The notes below the pieces were generated by a model. The model had not been told where the DNA came from, did no database searches, and saw only the letters and a program-made list of their open reading frames with translations. From Candidatus Dormibacteria bacterium (GTDB lineage: Bacteria > Chloroflexota > Dormibacteria > Aeolococcales > Bog-877): a stretch of 64,000 nucleotides of DNA. The DNA lies in assembly GCA_046703825.1 (NCBI GenBank), contig JBJKSO010000087.1:57503-121502 (forward strand), given 5' to 3'. Below are positions 37,557 to 46,781 of this stretch, one piece after another (position 1 is the stretch's first letter; each line of letters starts with the position of its first letter). The position numbers and the translations under genes are program-made.

Positions 37557-37726
37557 CCCAGGCTCCACCTGCCCTTACCCAAAGCTGCCCACGGTGTGGC
37601 TGCGGAACCGCCATGCGACTGCCACGCTGTCGCTGCCTCTCCAGCTCCAGTTTGCCACGTCGGGCACCTGGCCCTACCGGCCGCCGCGAGCGGGGAGTCC
37701 AGAAGGCTAGATCGGAGCGGTGCCAC

Positions 37727-37918
37727 CTACCAAAGCGATCCCCCGCCCAGCAGGATGTAGAGGATGGGGCCGATGCCCCACACCACGCTGATCAGTCCCC
37801 AGAGCACTTTGGCAACAATGCCCAGATCCCGCCGGGTGGCCAAGTTGATGATCACCAGGATGAACGCCACCGGGTGGAGAAAGATCGCGACCAGGCACTC
37901 GAGCAGGAACTTGAGCAT
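37727..37918 (-). CDS. Pmp3/YqaE (UPF0057) family small membrane proteolipid
   Basis: 63 aa with two TM helices and the conserved ILAIFLPPVAV-like core (LVAIFLHPVAFILV...GIGPILYIL). Local GC is lower than its surroundings. Confidence 0.75.
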   Translation of the reverse strand: MLKFLLECLVAIFLHPVAFILVIINLATRRDLGIVAKVLWGLISVVWGIGPILYILLGGGSLW

Positions 37919-38109
37919 CCAATCACCCTATTCCGGCCCCGCCCTGGCTGCACAGGCAAACTGAGCCCACCTTCGCCGGTCCGCCCGGTGGGCCTTAAGC
38001 GCGGGTCGAGCGATATAGCGCTCGCAGCGCTGGTCCCGGCGAGCGGCGGCTGCGCCTGCTCGCCCATGCCGGGCGGGAGAGCGGCACCGGCGCCTGCCTT
38101 GGCGCATGG

Positions 38110-38991
38110 TCACGGCGCGTGGCCTTCACCCCGCAGTTGCTCGGCCATCATGCCGATGTGGCGCTCCGGATCCATCTTCTCCTTCCAGCCCACGCGCACC
38201 AGCCAGCGATTCACAGGCCAGGCCGTGAAGAACCCGACCGCCATCCCCACCTGCATCATCCACCAATGCACCGATGACCCGATCGGCGGCGCCGACGACC
38301 AGAGCAGCAGGTGGCTGATCGCCATCCAACCGAAGAGACCCAACTGGAAGCTCAGGATCGAGAGCGTATCCGCGCGCATCGCCAACCACGCACCCTTGAT
38401 CCCTGCGACCTCGGGGCGCATGGGCACAATCGTGAAGTATTGGAAGAGCACCCCGATCGCCCACGCCAGGGGGAAATCCCAGATGTACTCCGGCCCAAGC
38501 GTTCCGGTGGCACCTAGCATCCACGTCCCGAGCCCCCAGACTATCCACTCGCCGGCGATGTCCCCGAGGGTGCAGCCCGCCCCGCAATGGGAGACGGCCT
38601 CGGCGACGTTCCAAGTCGTGAGCCGCCCTGCCGCATCCGACTCCGGCCGAGGCCCTGGGGGTTCGCCATCGTCCAGCCGGCTTGCCAGCCGGCGGGCCTT
38701 CGCCATCATCACCTTGGTTGAGCCCCGGCGGCCCTTGGTGAAGTAGGCCCAGACCCAGACCGGACCCCAGTAGAGCGCGGTGATGGGGTGGACAAAGTTC
38801 ATGATCGCCATGCTCTGGCGATAGCCCCCCAGGAACTCGTCGGCCGCGATCACCAGCGCCGAGGCGAACGCCGTTCCGAGCGACACCCACCCAACCGTCT
38901 CAGCCCAGAAGGGCACGGCAGCTACCCTCGTGCTAGCGTCGAGTTGGTCTGCGCATCTCCCCAACCCGAAGGTACTACCGGCGCTGGCCAC
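38110..38991 (-). CDS. DUF4396-like integral membrane protein
   Basis: Polytopic, with the conserved HCGAGCTLGD motif. GC3 is high. My family recall is uncertain. Confidence 0.55.
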   Translation of the reverse strand: MASAGSTFGLGRCADQLDASTRVAAVPFWAETVGWVSLGTAFASALVIAADEFLGGYRQSMAIMNFVHPITALYWGPVWVWAYFTKGRRGSTKVMMAKARRLASRLDDGEPPGPRPESDAAGRLTTWNVAEAVSHCGAGCTLGDIAGEWIVWGLGTWMLGATGTLGPEYIWDFPLAWAIGVLFQYFTIVPMRPEVAGIKGAWLAMRADTLSILSFQLGLFGWMAISHLLLWSSAPPIGSSVHWWMMQVGMAVGFFTAWPVNRWLVRVGWKEKMDPERHIGMMAEQLRGEGHAP

Positions 38992-39011
38992 TCGCGCGAG
39001 CGAGCGCGGCG

Positions 39012-40535
39012 ATGCCGATACCCCGGACCGTCCGGCCTGCTACCTTCACAAGGAGCGTGAAAGGCCCCGATTCCCACTCCGACCGCTTTGACCTCGTGGT
39101 AATCGGCTCTGGCCCCGCGGGTGAGAAGGGTGCCGCGCAAGCCGCCTACCACGGTTACAGCGTCGCGGTGGTGGAGCGTCGCCGTCCCCCGCGCCGAGGC
39201 ACCGTCCTGACGGCCGGCGGCGTTCCGGTCAAGGCGCTTCGGGACACGGCCATCTACCTAAGCGGCTGGGCGCGTCGGGAGACCTACGGGGTGGGTATCA
39301 GCCTCGCTCCCGAGCTGGTGATGGACCGGCTCCGCTCACGCACTGGCGAAGTCATGGCGGGCATGGCCGAGTCGCTGCGGCGCAATCTGGATCGTCACGG
39401 CGTGGAGTCGATACGCGGGGAGGCCAGGCTCGGCCCGGATCGCACCGTGGTCGTAGCCGGGGGGCGAAACGGGCCGCGGGTCCTGCACGCCGGAGTCATC
39501 CTGCTGGCGACCGGTTCCCACCCCCACCATCCCCCCGAGGTGCCCTTTGGGGATCCGGATGTCCACGACTCGGACACCATCCTGATGCTGGAACGCGTCC
39601 CCGAACACATGGTGGTGGTGGGCGGCGGACCCGTGGGCTGCGAGTACGCCTCGATCTTCGCCGCCCTCGGCGCCAGCGTCACTCAGATCGACCGTGGCCC
39701 GCGCCTGCTGCCGATGCTCGATTCCGAGATCTCCCGGGCCTTGGCGCAGATCCTGGCCGATGCGGGGGTACGCGTGATGTTGTCCAGCCAGGTGGACGCC
39801 ATCCAGCGCAAGAGTGGAGCCCTGCAGGTGTCCGTCGGCGGTGAGGTGCTGCGGCCGCAGGTGGTCGTTCACGCCGCGGGGCGCGCTGGCAACGTGGAGG
39901 GGCTGGCGCTGGAGGCCGCAGGTGTCACCTGCGATCCGCGCGGTCGGGTGCGGGTCGACACCAACTTTCAAACCACCGCACCCGGGATCTACGCCGCCGG
40001 CGACGTGATCGGCCCGCCCGGACTCGCCTCGGTTGCCATGGAGCAGGCACGCGTAGCCATGTGCAAGGCCTTCGGGATCCCCTTCAAGGATTCGGTGGAC
40101 GCCATGACTCCGGCGGGGATCTACACGCTGCCGGAAGCGGCGCAGGTGGGATCGACCGAGGATGCTGCCCGCGCCGCCGGTGAGGATGTCGAGACCGGGC
40201 GGGCGTACTTTGCCACCAACGCCCGGGCCCGGATCGCGGGCTCGACGGAAGGGCTGGTGAAGCTCGTCTTCCGCGCGACCGACCGGCGCCTGGTGGGGGC
40301 ACACATTCTCGGCGAGGAGGCCACCGAGCTCATTCACGTGGCCCAAGCGGTGCTGCACAAGGGCGGCACGGTCAACGAGTTCATTGACACCACATTCAAC
40401 TTCCCCACGCGGGCTGACGCGTTCAAGTACGCGGCCTACGATGGGCTGGAGCGACTCGATCGACGGGACGCGACTGGCGCCCCCGCCCGGGCGCTGCCGA
40501 GGGCGGGCGCTCCCCTTGGCCGCACCGCCCTTTGA
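39012..40535 (+). CDS. sthA: Soluble pyridine nucleotide transhydrogenase / class I pyridine-nucleotide-disulfide oxidoreductase
   Basis: FDLVVIGSGPAGEKGA FAD motif, NAD motif VVVGGGPVGCEYA, and an interface domain. Overall it resembles SthA/UdhA rather than Lpd because there is no CxxxxC redox disulfide. The start is uncertain (39012 or GTG 39057). Confidence 0.8.
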   Translation: MPIPRTVRPATFTRSVKGPDSHSDRFDLVVIGSGPAGEKGAAQAAYHGYSVAVVERRRPPRRGTVLTAGGVPVKALRDTAIYLSGWARRETYGVGISLAPELVMDRLRSRTGEVMAGMAESLRRNLDRHGVESIRGEARLGPDRTVVVAGGRNGPRVLHAGVILLATGSHPHHPPEVPFGDPDVHDSDTILMLERVPEHMVVVGGGPVGCEYASIFAALGASVTQIDRGPRLLPMLDSEISRALAQILADAGVRVMLSSQVDAIQRKSGALQVSVGGEVLRPQVVVHAAGRAGNVEGLALEAAGVTCDPRGRVRVDTNFQTTAPGIYAAGDVIGPPGLASVAMEQARVAMCKAFGIPFKDSVDAMTPAGIYTLPEAAQVGSTEDAARAAGEDVETGRAYFATNARARIAGSTEGLVKLVFRATDRRLVGAHILGEEATELIHVAQAVLHKGGTVNEFIDTTFNFPTRADAFKYAAYDGLERLDRRDATGAPARALPRAGAPLGRTAL

Positions 40536-40630
40536 GATTGCCCACTCAGGTGAGCAGTCGAGACCATGAGGCGACGGTTGCTCCCAGGTCCGGGGAGGGC
40601 GCCGACGGGCTCTGCCGTCGCCGAGCCCCT

Positions 40631-41194
40631 CTAGAAGATGAACGGGACGAGCATCTTGGTGCGCTGTCGGTAGGCTGGATAGCCCTCAGGAAATAGCCCC
40701 GACAGGTTTCTCTCTTCGATGAAGGCGCTGTAGACGAAATACGCGCCAGCCAGCCCCAGCACCAGCAGCCATTCAAGGCTGGCCGCGATCGCTGTCCCCA
40801 GCAGCGCCAGCAGGATCCCTGAATAGATCGGGTGCCGCACCAATCTGTAGGGTCCGCTGGTGACCAAGGTTGGCTCCTGCTTCAAGGTAGTCGGCATGCC
40901 CCAGTTCTCGCCCATGTGCACCCGCGCCCACACCGCCGTCCCGAGCCCCAGCACGAACAGGGTCAATCCCGCCCCCACCGCGTAGCCATTGGCTGAGCTC
41001 CCCAGCAGATCCACCCGGGTGCCGAGAAGGTGCACGCGAAACAGCACGATGGCTGCGATCCAGACCGCCGCCCGGGCTGCCCAGAGCCACCGGTCTTGAC
41101 CTCGCGCCGACGGCTTGGCCCCGAATGCAGAGACCAACCAATAGATCCAGAAGAGACCCCAGCCGGCCGCTAGGGCAGCATCAACCGGAGCCAA
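40631..41194 (-). CDS. ICMT/PEMT-family membrane methyltransferase (second copy in the window)
   Basis: Polytopic, with LVTSGPYRLVRHPIYSGILLALLG, the family hallmark. Confidence 0.7.
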   Translation of the reverse strand: MAPVDAALAAGWGLFWIYWLVSAFGAKPSARGQDRWLWAARAAVWIAAIVLFRVHLLGTRVDLLGSSANGYAVGAGLTLFVLGLGTAVWARVHMGENWGMPTTLKQEPTLVTSGPYRLVRHPIYSGILLALLGTAIAASLEWLLVLGLAGAYFVYSAFIEERNLSGLFPEGYPAYRQRTKMLVPFIF

Positions 41195-41645
41195 CTCGCC
41201 GCCCCCTCGAGGTGCTGGCTAGCGACACGGCGACCTCGCCGAGGCGGCGGTCATCCATCTTGTCAAGACACAGGCAGAAGACGTGCCCGGCCGGGTCGCG
41301 CATGACTTGCACGTGCGCCTGCGGCTGGTGCTCAACCAGTTCTGCCCCAAGGGCGGTGGCGTCCTGGACGGCGGCCTCCAGATCGGTCACCCGGAAGTCC
41401 AAGTGCATCATGGGTCGTTGCGCGCCAGGTGCTGGGGGCCAGACCGGCGGGGTGTACCCGGGCGCGTCTTGGAAGACCAGGTAGGTGGACTCCTGGGGCG
41501 GTTTTAGGACCACCAGCCCCGCCTGCTGCTCCACAACCGGCCACCCCAGTAGCTCGGAGTAGAAGCTTGCCAGCTCCACCGGATCCGGGGCCTCGACGGC
41601 CAGCCCCCACCATTGGTCTCTGGTCCGCCCTCGCACCGGCACCAT
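41181..41645 (-). CDS. VOC/glyoxalase-bleomycin resistance family protein
   Basis: About 150 aa with a beta-alpha-beta-beta-beta composition (LGWPVVEQ...HLDFRVTDLEAAV...GHVFCL). Confidence 0.6.
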   Translation of the reverse strand: MVPVRGRTRDQWWGLAVEAPDPVELASFYSELLGWPVVEQQAGLVVLKPPQESTYLVFQDAPGYTPPVWPPAPGAQRPMMHLDFRVTDLEAAVQDATALGAELVEHQPQAHVQVMRDPAGHVFCLCLDKMDDRRLGEVAVSLASTSRGRRVGSG

Positions 41646-41667
41646 GGTAGCCCGGCGGCGGTCAGGG

Positions 41668-42930
41668 TCAAGAAGCGTGCACGCCTAAAGATTTGGTGAC
41701 ATCGGCCCTCGGCCCGCCTCGTCCGCCCACGGTACTGGTCCACCACCAAGCGCCGGCCGCGGCCGTCACGACCGCGACCGAGCCGGCAATCCCCATCGTG
41801 ACTCGCGAACCCCAAGCCTGCTCGGCGGCGCCGGTGCAAAGGCTTCCGAGCGGGGTGGCACCTATGAAGACCCAGAGGTAGAGGGACATCACTCGGCTCA
41901 GCAGAGGGCCCGGCGTGAACGTGAGGATGGCACTGCTGGACATGGCGCTGTAGACGGCAAGCCCCCCGCCGGCCACGGCCAGCAGCGCCATCGCGGGCCA
42001 CAGCCCCTCGACTTGTCCCGCCAACGCCAGGAACACTCCGAAGAGGCCGCATCCGACCAAGAGAGTTCGGATGGAGACGCGGCTCATGTATGCCACCACC
42101 AGCGCGCCGACCAAAGCCCCGGCCCCGAGCGACGCACTGAGCAGACCAAACCCGCTCGCTCCCACATGAAGGCCGGTGCGAGCCAGGGCGGTGATCATTA
42201 CAGTGAGGTTCCAGGAAAAGACACAGATGAAGCCCATCAGCGCGATGGCCAGCCGCACTTCGGAGGAGTGCCGTACGTATCCAATCGCCTCCGTCACCCC
42301 CCTCAGAACGCCGGCCACCGCACCGACCCTGGGCGGGTTGGTGTGCAGCGCCTCGCGACGCATCAGGAGCAGGGCGCCGACCATAACCAGATAGGAAGCC
42401 GCGTTGAGGTCGAAGCAGGCGGCAGTACCGACTGTGGCGATCAGACCGCCGGCTAGCGCAGGGCCGATCACCCGGGCGCCGTTGTTCACCATTGAGTTGA
42501 GCGCTACCGCGTTGGGCATTCTCCGCTTCCCCACCATCTCCGGAACGAAGGCCTGGCGGGTCGGCCCGTCCACAACCGTGATCACGCCGAAGACCGCGAC
42601 CACAACAAAGACCTCCCAGACCCGGGCCAGGTGGAGCCCAACGATCAAGCCCAATCCGGCTGCGGTAAGGGCGAACGCGCTCTGGGTCACGACCAGGACT
42701 TGATGCTTGGGCCAGCGGTCGCCGACGACACCGCCGAAAGGCTGGAGCAAAGTGCTTGGCAGGTACTGCGCGGTGAGCAATAGGCCCAGCATCACCGGCG
42801 AGTGGGTCAGCTCCAGGATCAGCCACGCCTGGGCTGTCGACTGCAGCCAAGTCCCGGTGACCGAGATAGTCTGCCCGCTGAAGAAGAGCCGGTAGTTGAA
42901 GTTGCCTAGAGCATCGAAGGTCCGGGAAGC
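41668..42930 (-). CDS. MFS transporter (12 TMS)
   Basis: The hydrophobic core begins at FDALGNFNYRLFFSGQTIS. It has GDRWPKHQVLV-like motif A and 12 predicted helices. The ORF extends to 43116 with an Arg/Ala-rich leader that is unlikely to be translated. Confidence 0.8.
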   Translation of the reverse strand, partial: ASRTFDALGNFNYRLFFSGQTISVTGTWLQSTAQAWLILELTHSPVMLGLLLTAQYLPSTLLQPFGGVVGDRWPKHQVLVVTQSAFALTAAGLGLIVGLHLARVWEVFVVVAVFGVITVVDGPTRQAFVPEMVGKRRMPNAVALNSMVNNGARVIGPALAGGLIATVGTAACFDLNAASYLVMVGALLLMRREALHTNPPRVGAVAGVLRGVTEAIGYVRHSSEVRLAIALMGFICVFSWNLTVMITALARTGLHVGASGFGLLSASLGAGALVGALVVAYMSRVSIRTLLVGCGLFGVFLALAGQVEGLWPAMALLAVAGGGLAVYSAMSSSAILTFTPGPLLSRVMSLYLWVFIGATPLGSLCTGAAEQAWGSRVTMGIAGSVAVVTAAAGAWWWTSTVGGRGGPRADVTKSLGVHAS

Positions 42931-43410
42931 CGCCGCGCGGCGAGCCGTGCCGCCTCTGGCACCAGCCCCGCCAAGCGACCGCGACCCACCGGATAGCAAC
43001 CCCCGGGCTCGGCCCGAGACCGATCGCCAGCCCTCCTCCCTGGTCCGCGCGCGGACCGCGGCGGCCGCCGCGCCTGCTCTGCGCCGACCGCGCCGTGCCC
43101 TGTCAAAAAGGGTCAAACCGCGCCAACGGCCTCAACAGGCGACCCAGGGCCTCCTTGCTCTCCAACGCCACGGCGGTTAGTGCCGTAGCAGGATTCCGGG
43201 CCCCGATCAGGTCGACTGTCGACACGCTCCACGACCCTAGGGTAGGGCGATACCTCCCGCGCCGGGTACTTCTGGCGCGCCCTGAGGGACCTCCAGCCGC
43301 CTCGACTCAGCTCCGGCTCTTCTTCCTCGCTGAAAGAGCACGCACACCCCTTTTCTCCCCAGGGAGGTCGCGTCGGCGGTCCGGGGGGTTCGATGCGCCT
43401 ATCAGGCGGG

Positions 43411-43884
43411 CTAGGCGGTACGACTCCAGATGTCCTGACACGCCTCGCAAGTGGACTCGGGAATCCATCCGAGCCGGATCAGGGCGGCGAACAAGCGGCA
43501 GCCCACGCAGAACCCGAGCGCGGACTCCAGACTGGCGGCGGCGGCGAGCAAGCCGAGCAGCAAGTAGGTACCCGTAGCCTGGTGAAGGCCGAAGAAGAGG
43601 AAGGTGCCGACAGTGGTCAAGACGGCACCGATCGCTTGGGCGAACCGCTTCGGAGGCCCCGCGACCAGCTTTGGCGGGCCAAGCCTGGGGGCGACGAGAC
43701 GCGTCGCGATCTGGCCCAAGGGGCTGAGGGTGGGGCCGGCCGCCACGCGGGCCAGAAACCCGTACGCCAAGACCGCCACCATCCACGGTTGCCGCAACCC
43801 TATGGCCAAGATGGCCAAAACAGCAACAACCCCCGCAACGGTTCTCGACGCGCGCTCGTTGACCGGGTTCGGGAACGTCAGCAC
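43411..43884 (-). CDS. Hypothetical membrane protein (DUF4395-like) with a C-terminal CxxC...CxxC pattern
   Basis: Four hydrophobic helices, with GFCVGCRLF and STCEACQD near the C-terminus. Confidence 0.45.
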   Translation of the reverse strand: MLTFPNPVNERASRTVAGVVAVLAILAIGLRQPWMVAVLAYGFLARVAAGPTLSPLGQIATRLVAPRLGPPKLVAGPPKRFAQAIGAVLTTVGTFLFFGLHQATGTYLLLGLLAAAASLESALGFCVGCRLFAALIRLGWIPESTCEACQDIWSRTA

Positions 43885-44215
43885 GCCGCTATCTTGACCG
43901 GTTCTAGCCAGCTGTTGTCAACAATCTGGTATCGTCTGTGCCCGGGGCGGTGGAGCTGCTATATAGCGCCCTTGGCCGGGTTGCCCGCCCTCTGCAGCGC
44001 CGCCCTCTATCGCGGGGAGCGGCCCCACGCTCCAAACTGGGGGCCGCTCCTCTTTGCCAGCTTCCAAACGTCACTCCCACGCCTCCGCCTCAGCCTGAAG
44101 AGTGGGCCGGCTAGGCCTGCAGAGGACCCCGCCATCTGCGGCGGGATCCTCCGAGCCGGCGGACCACTTCCGCGTACCAGGGGCGGCCCGAAACCCCTTG
44201 GCTGCTCTCTCGAGG

Positions 44216-46027
44216 TCAGCTAGCGGCGAGGGTCCAACTCTGTGGATAGAGGTTGAGATTCGGGTCCTGGGGCAAGGCACCCTTCAGGCGTGGGCTGATC
44301 ACCGAGACCTGATATGGATAGTTGGGCTCCCACAAGGCTGGCAATTGCAGTGCCGCGTAAGCGCCCACCGCCTGAATCGCGGAGGTCGCAGAGCTTGTAT
44401 CGGCCGTGTTGATCAACTGATCCATCTTGGCGCTGCTGTACCCGCCGGCGTTGGTACCTCCCCCTGTCGCGAACCACTGAGTACCGATTGGAAGGTACTC
44501 GGGCGAATACGTCGGAGTGGAGCCGATCTCGCCGAAGTTACCCATCTCCCATTTGCAGCCCTCCCCTCCTCCGCTGCACGGAAACAGATCCGAGAAGATT
44601 GCGCCAACTGAGTCTTGGCGCAGCGTGACACGGATGCCCGCCTTGGCCCAGGACGATTGCATGGCCTCCACCTCGGCGGTGAATGCCGCCGAACCGGTCG
44701 CAACCAACTCCGTGAAGTTCAGCTGGGCCCCTTGGGCGATCCCTGCCCCGCACTCGCCCGCTCCCGTGCCGGCCTTGCTGCAGGTATCCACCCCGTTCGG
44801 GCGTACCGACCAGCCGTGGTTCTCGAGCAGCTTCTTTGCTCCCGAGACCGAGTACGGGTATGGGTTCTGCTTACCGATCTTGGCTATGTATGGGTTGGGC
44901 GGATTGCTGGGAATGGGGCCATAAGTTGGGAAGGCAAAGCCGTGGTAGATGTCCTTGGCAATCTGTGGTTGGTTGATCAGCTTCTGCATGGCGATGCGCA
45001 TATACAGCTGCCTGAAGATCGGTCCCACCGTTGGGTTGGTGAAGTTGAGGAAGAAGGAGTTGAAGCCGAAGTCAACCCATGGCACGACTTTGTAACCGCG
45101 AGACGTGAAGTACTTCTGCTGTGACACGTCTTCGATGGGGAGGTACCCGTAATCCAGCTGACCTGAGCGCAGGGCATCGAACTCGGCGGTGTCGCTCGTA
45201 AAGGGAAGCTCTTCAAACTTGCTGAGCTTCGGCTTGTCCGGGCCGGTGTACTTCGGGTTGGGCACGTACGTGGCCGCTCCCGTCGCCGCGTCGAAAGACT
45301 GCAGAGTCCAAGACCCGTCAACCGTCTTCCACAGTGGATTGGATGCGTAGGTGGACAGGTCTTGAGATTGGCTGTTCAGAAAGCTGTAGACAGCCTGAGC
45401 ACCCGCCGGCGTGGAGTCGTAGTTCCCGACCGCACCGGAGGTGGACGTTCGGTCCCACGTCTGTTGCGGCACCGGCCAGATCTGACTCAGTTGGTTGTAA
45501 AGAATCCATTGGCGGCTGTATGGCTGGTTGAACGTCAGCGAGAACTGATAGGGGGAGCTCGCGGGAAAGCTCATTGAGACTATGTCGTCGGGAATGCTGC
45601 CGGCTGCATAGGAGTAGAAGTTGTGCTTCTCAGCGAAGAAGATGTTCATCCACAACTCCACATCGCGGTTAGTCACGGGTTGGCCGTCAGACCAGCGGAA
45701 GTCGCGCTTCAAGGTTACGGTCACGGTCTTGCCGCCGTTGGAGTAGACCGGCGGCTTGCCGACGCTCTGCTGGAAGTTGATGGTGGGGCTCAAGCCATGA
45801 CCGAACCAATACAGAGGACGCCACAAAAACGGCCAAACCTGGAACAGGTCCACGTTATTCCCAACCGAGCCGCTCGCGAAGGGAAATATGTAGTTGGGAG
45901 TGATTCCTTGGGGCAGAGCAAACGTTGCGGTGCCCCCAGACGCCCGGTGCTTGGCGAGGACCGTACCACCGCCGGCGGTAGTGAGCACGACCGCCGCCAA
46001 CAGAGCAGCAAACAACCTAGCCTTCAT
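44216..46027 (-). CDS. ABC transporter substrate-binding protein, family 5 (oligopeptide/nickel-type); orphan
   Basis: Signal peptide MKARLFAALLAAVVLTTAGGGTVLA. The 600 aa length and composition fit SBP_bac_5. No permease or ATPase genes are adjacent. Confidence 0.75.
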   Translation of the reverse strand: MKARLFAALLAAVVLTTAGGGTVLAKHRASGGTATFALPQGITPNYIFPFASGSVGNNVDLFQVWPFLWRPLYWFGHGLSPTINFQQSVGKPPVYSNGGKTVTVTLKRDFRWSDGQPVTNRDVELWMNIFFAEKHNFYSYAAGSIPDDIVSMSFPASSPYQFSLTFNQPYSRQWILYNQLSQIWPVPQQTWDRTSTSGAVGNYDSTPAGAQAVYSFLNSQSQDLSTYASNPLWKTVDGSWTLQSFDAATGAATYVPNPKYTGPDKPKLSKFEELPFTSDTAEFDALRSGQLDYGYLPIEDVSQQKYFTSRGYKVVPWVDFGFNSFFLNFTNPTVGPIFRQLYMRIAMQKLINQPQIAKDIYHGFAFPTYGPIPSNPPNPYIAKIGKQNPYPYSVSGAKKLLENHGWSVRPNGVDTCSKAGTGAGECGAGIAQGAQLNFTELVATGSAAFTAEVEAMQSSWAKAGIRVTLRQDSVGAIFSDLFPCSGGGEGCKWEMGNFGEIGSTPTYSPEYLPIGTQWFATGGGTNAGGYSSAKMDQLINTADTSSATSAIQAVGAYAALQLPALWEPNYPYQVSVISPRLKGALPQDPNLNLYPQSWTLAAS

Positions 46028-46045
46028 AGGCCGTCCCCTTCCCCC

Positions 46046-46075
46046 CCAAGTATAAACCGGGCCCGCGGGGCCCGG
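46046..46075 (-). promoter_or_regulatory. GC hairpin plus a U-rich tract 19-50 nt upstream of the substrate-binding protein (SBP) start; possible attenuator or riboswitch expression platform
   Basis: On the minus strand, CCGGGCCC-cgc-GGGCCCGG (8 bp stem, 46057-46075) is followed by TTTATACTT, and then the GGGGGGAAGGGGA RBS region. Confidence 0.3.
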
Positions 46076-46781
46076 GCTGGCACGCCGGCGGCGTGCCTGG
46101 TAGCAGCGCTGCGTATGCTAGCCGCGGAAAAGAGGAGAGTCAATCGCCCATCAGGGTGACTTCTCCAATCCAATCGGCTAAAAAAACCTATCCGAGCCGA
46201 TCCCTTGGGGGAGGGCGCCCTGCCGAGGTAGTAGGATCTCCCGACCGCCCAAGGCGCGACAGTCATCCAGGACTGCTCCGGCCTCGCTGGAGGTTGGATT
46301 TTCGGGAGGTCCCGCGTCAGGACCGTCCTTGGGCCTCACCGAGCTAGCCCACGCCCAGGCTGGCGGCGAAGACGTAGGGGTCTAGTTGGCGGGTCGGCTT
46401 GCCTACCAGGTAGTTGAAGGGATCGCCGATGCTCCCGGGGCAGCAGCGGTCCTCTCTCAGTTGGCCCGATGGCGCCACCTCGACGCGAAGCGTTTACTCG
46501 GCCGGCGGAACGAAGCTGGTCATCCACAACCGGACAACCAGCAAAGCTCGCTCCCGCCAATCCCGCCCTCCGGAACAGGGGCACGATGGCCGGAACGCTG
46601 AGACGCATTCAAATCAGCGGCTGGCGATGAGCGAGGGAAGCAAGCGGCGCCGCCCGCCCAAGTCAGCAGCGCAAACTCGCCTTGTCCAGCCCTCGTCAGT
46701 CACCACCCGAGTTTTGTGGCCGCGCTGCGTTCGGTGGAACCTGCACTCGCAGCGGCACGGCGACCCAAAGGATCGCGAGCG

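Noticed and set aside
37613-38746. A 377 aa plus-strand ORF
   Set aside because: It is antisense to the Pmp3 and DUF4396-like genes. Its composition is Ser/Pro/Arg-rich and low-complexity.
39336-40358. A 340 aa minus-strand ORF
   Set aside because: It is antisense to the sthA-like flavoprotein gene, which has both Rossmann motifs in the sense frame.
41504-42850. A 448 aa minus-strand ORF
   Set aside because: It is a different frame of the MFS transporter gene (41668-42930). It is Arg/Gly-rich and not hydrophobic, so it is inconsistent with the clear 12-TMS frame.
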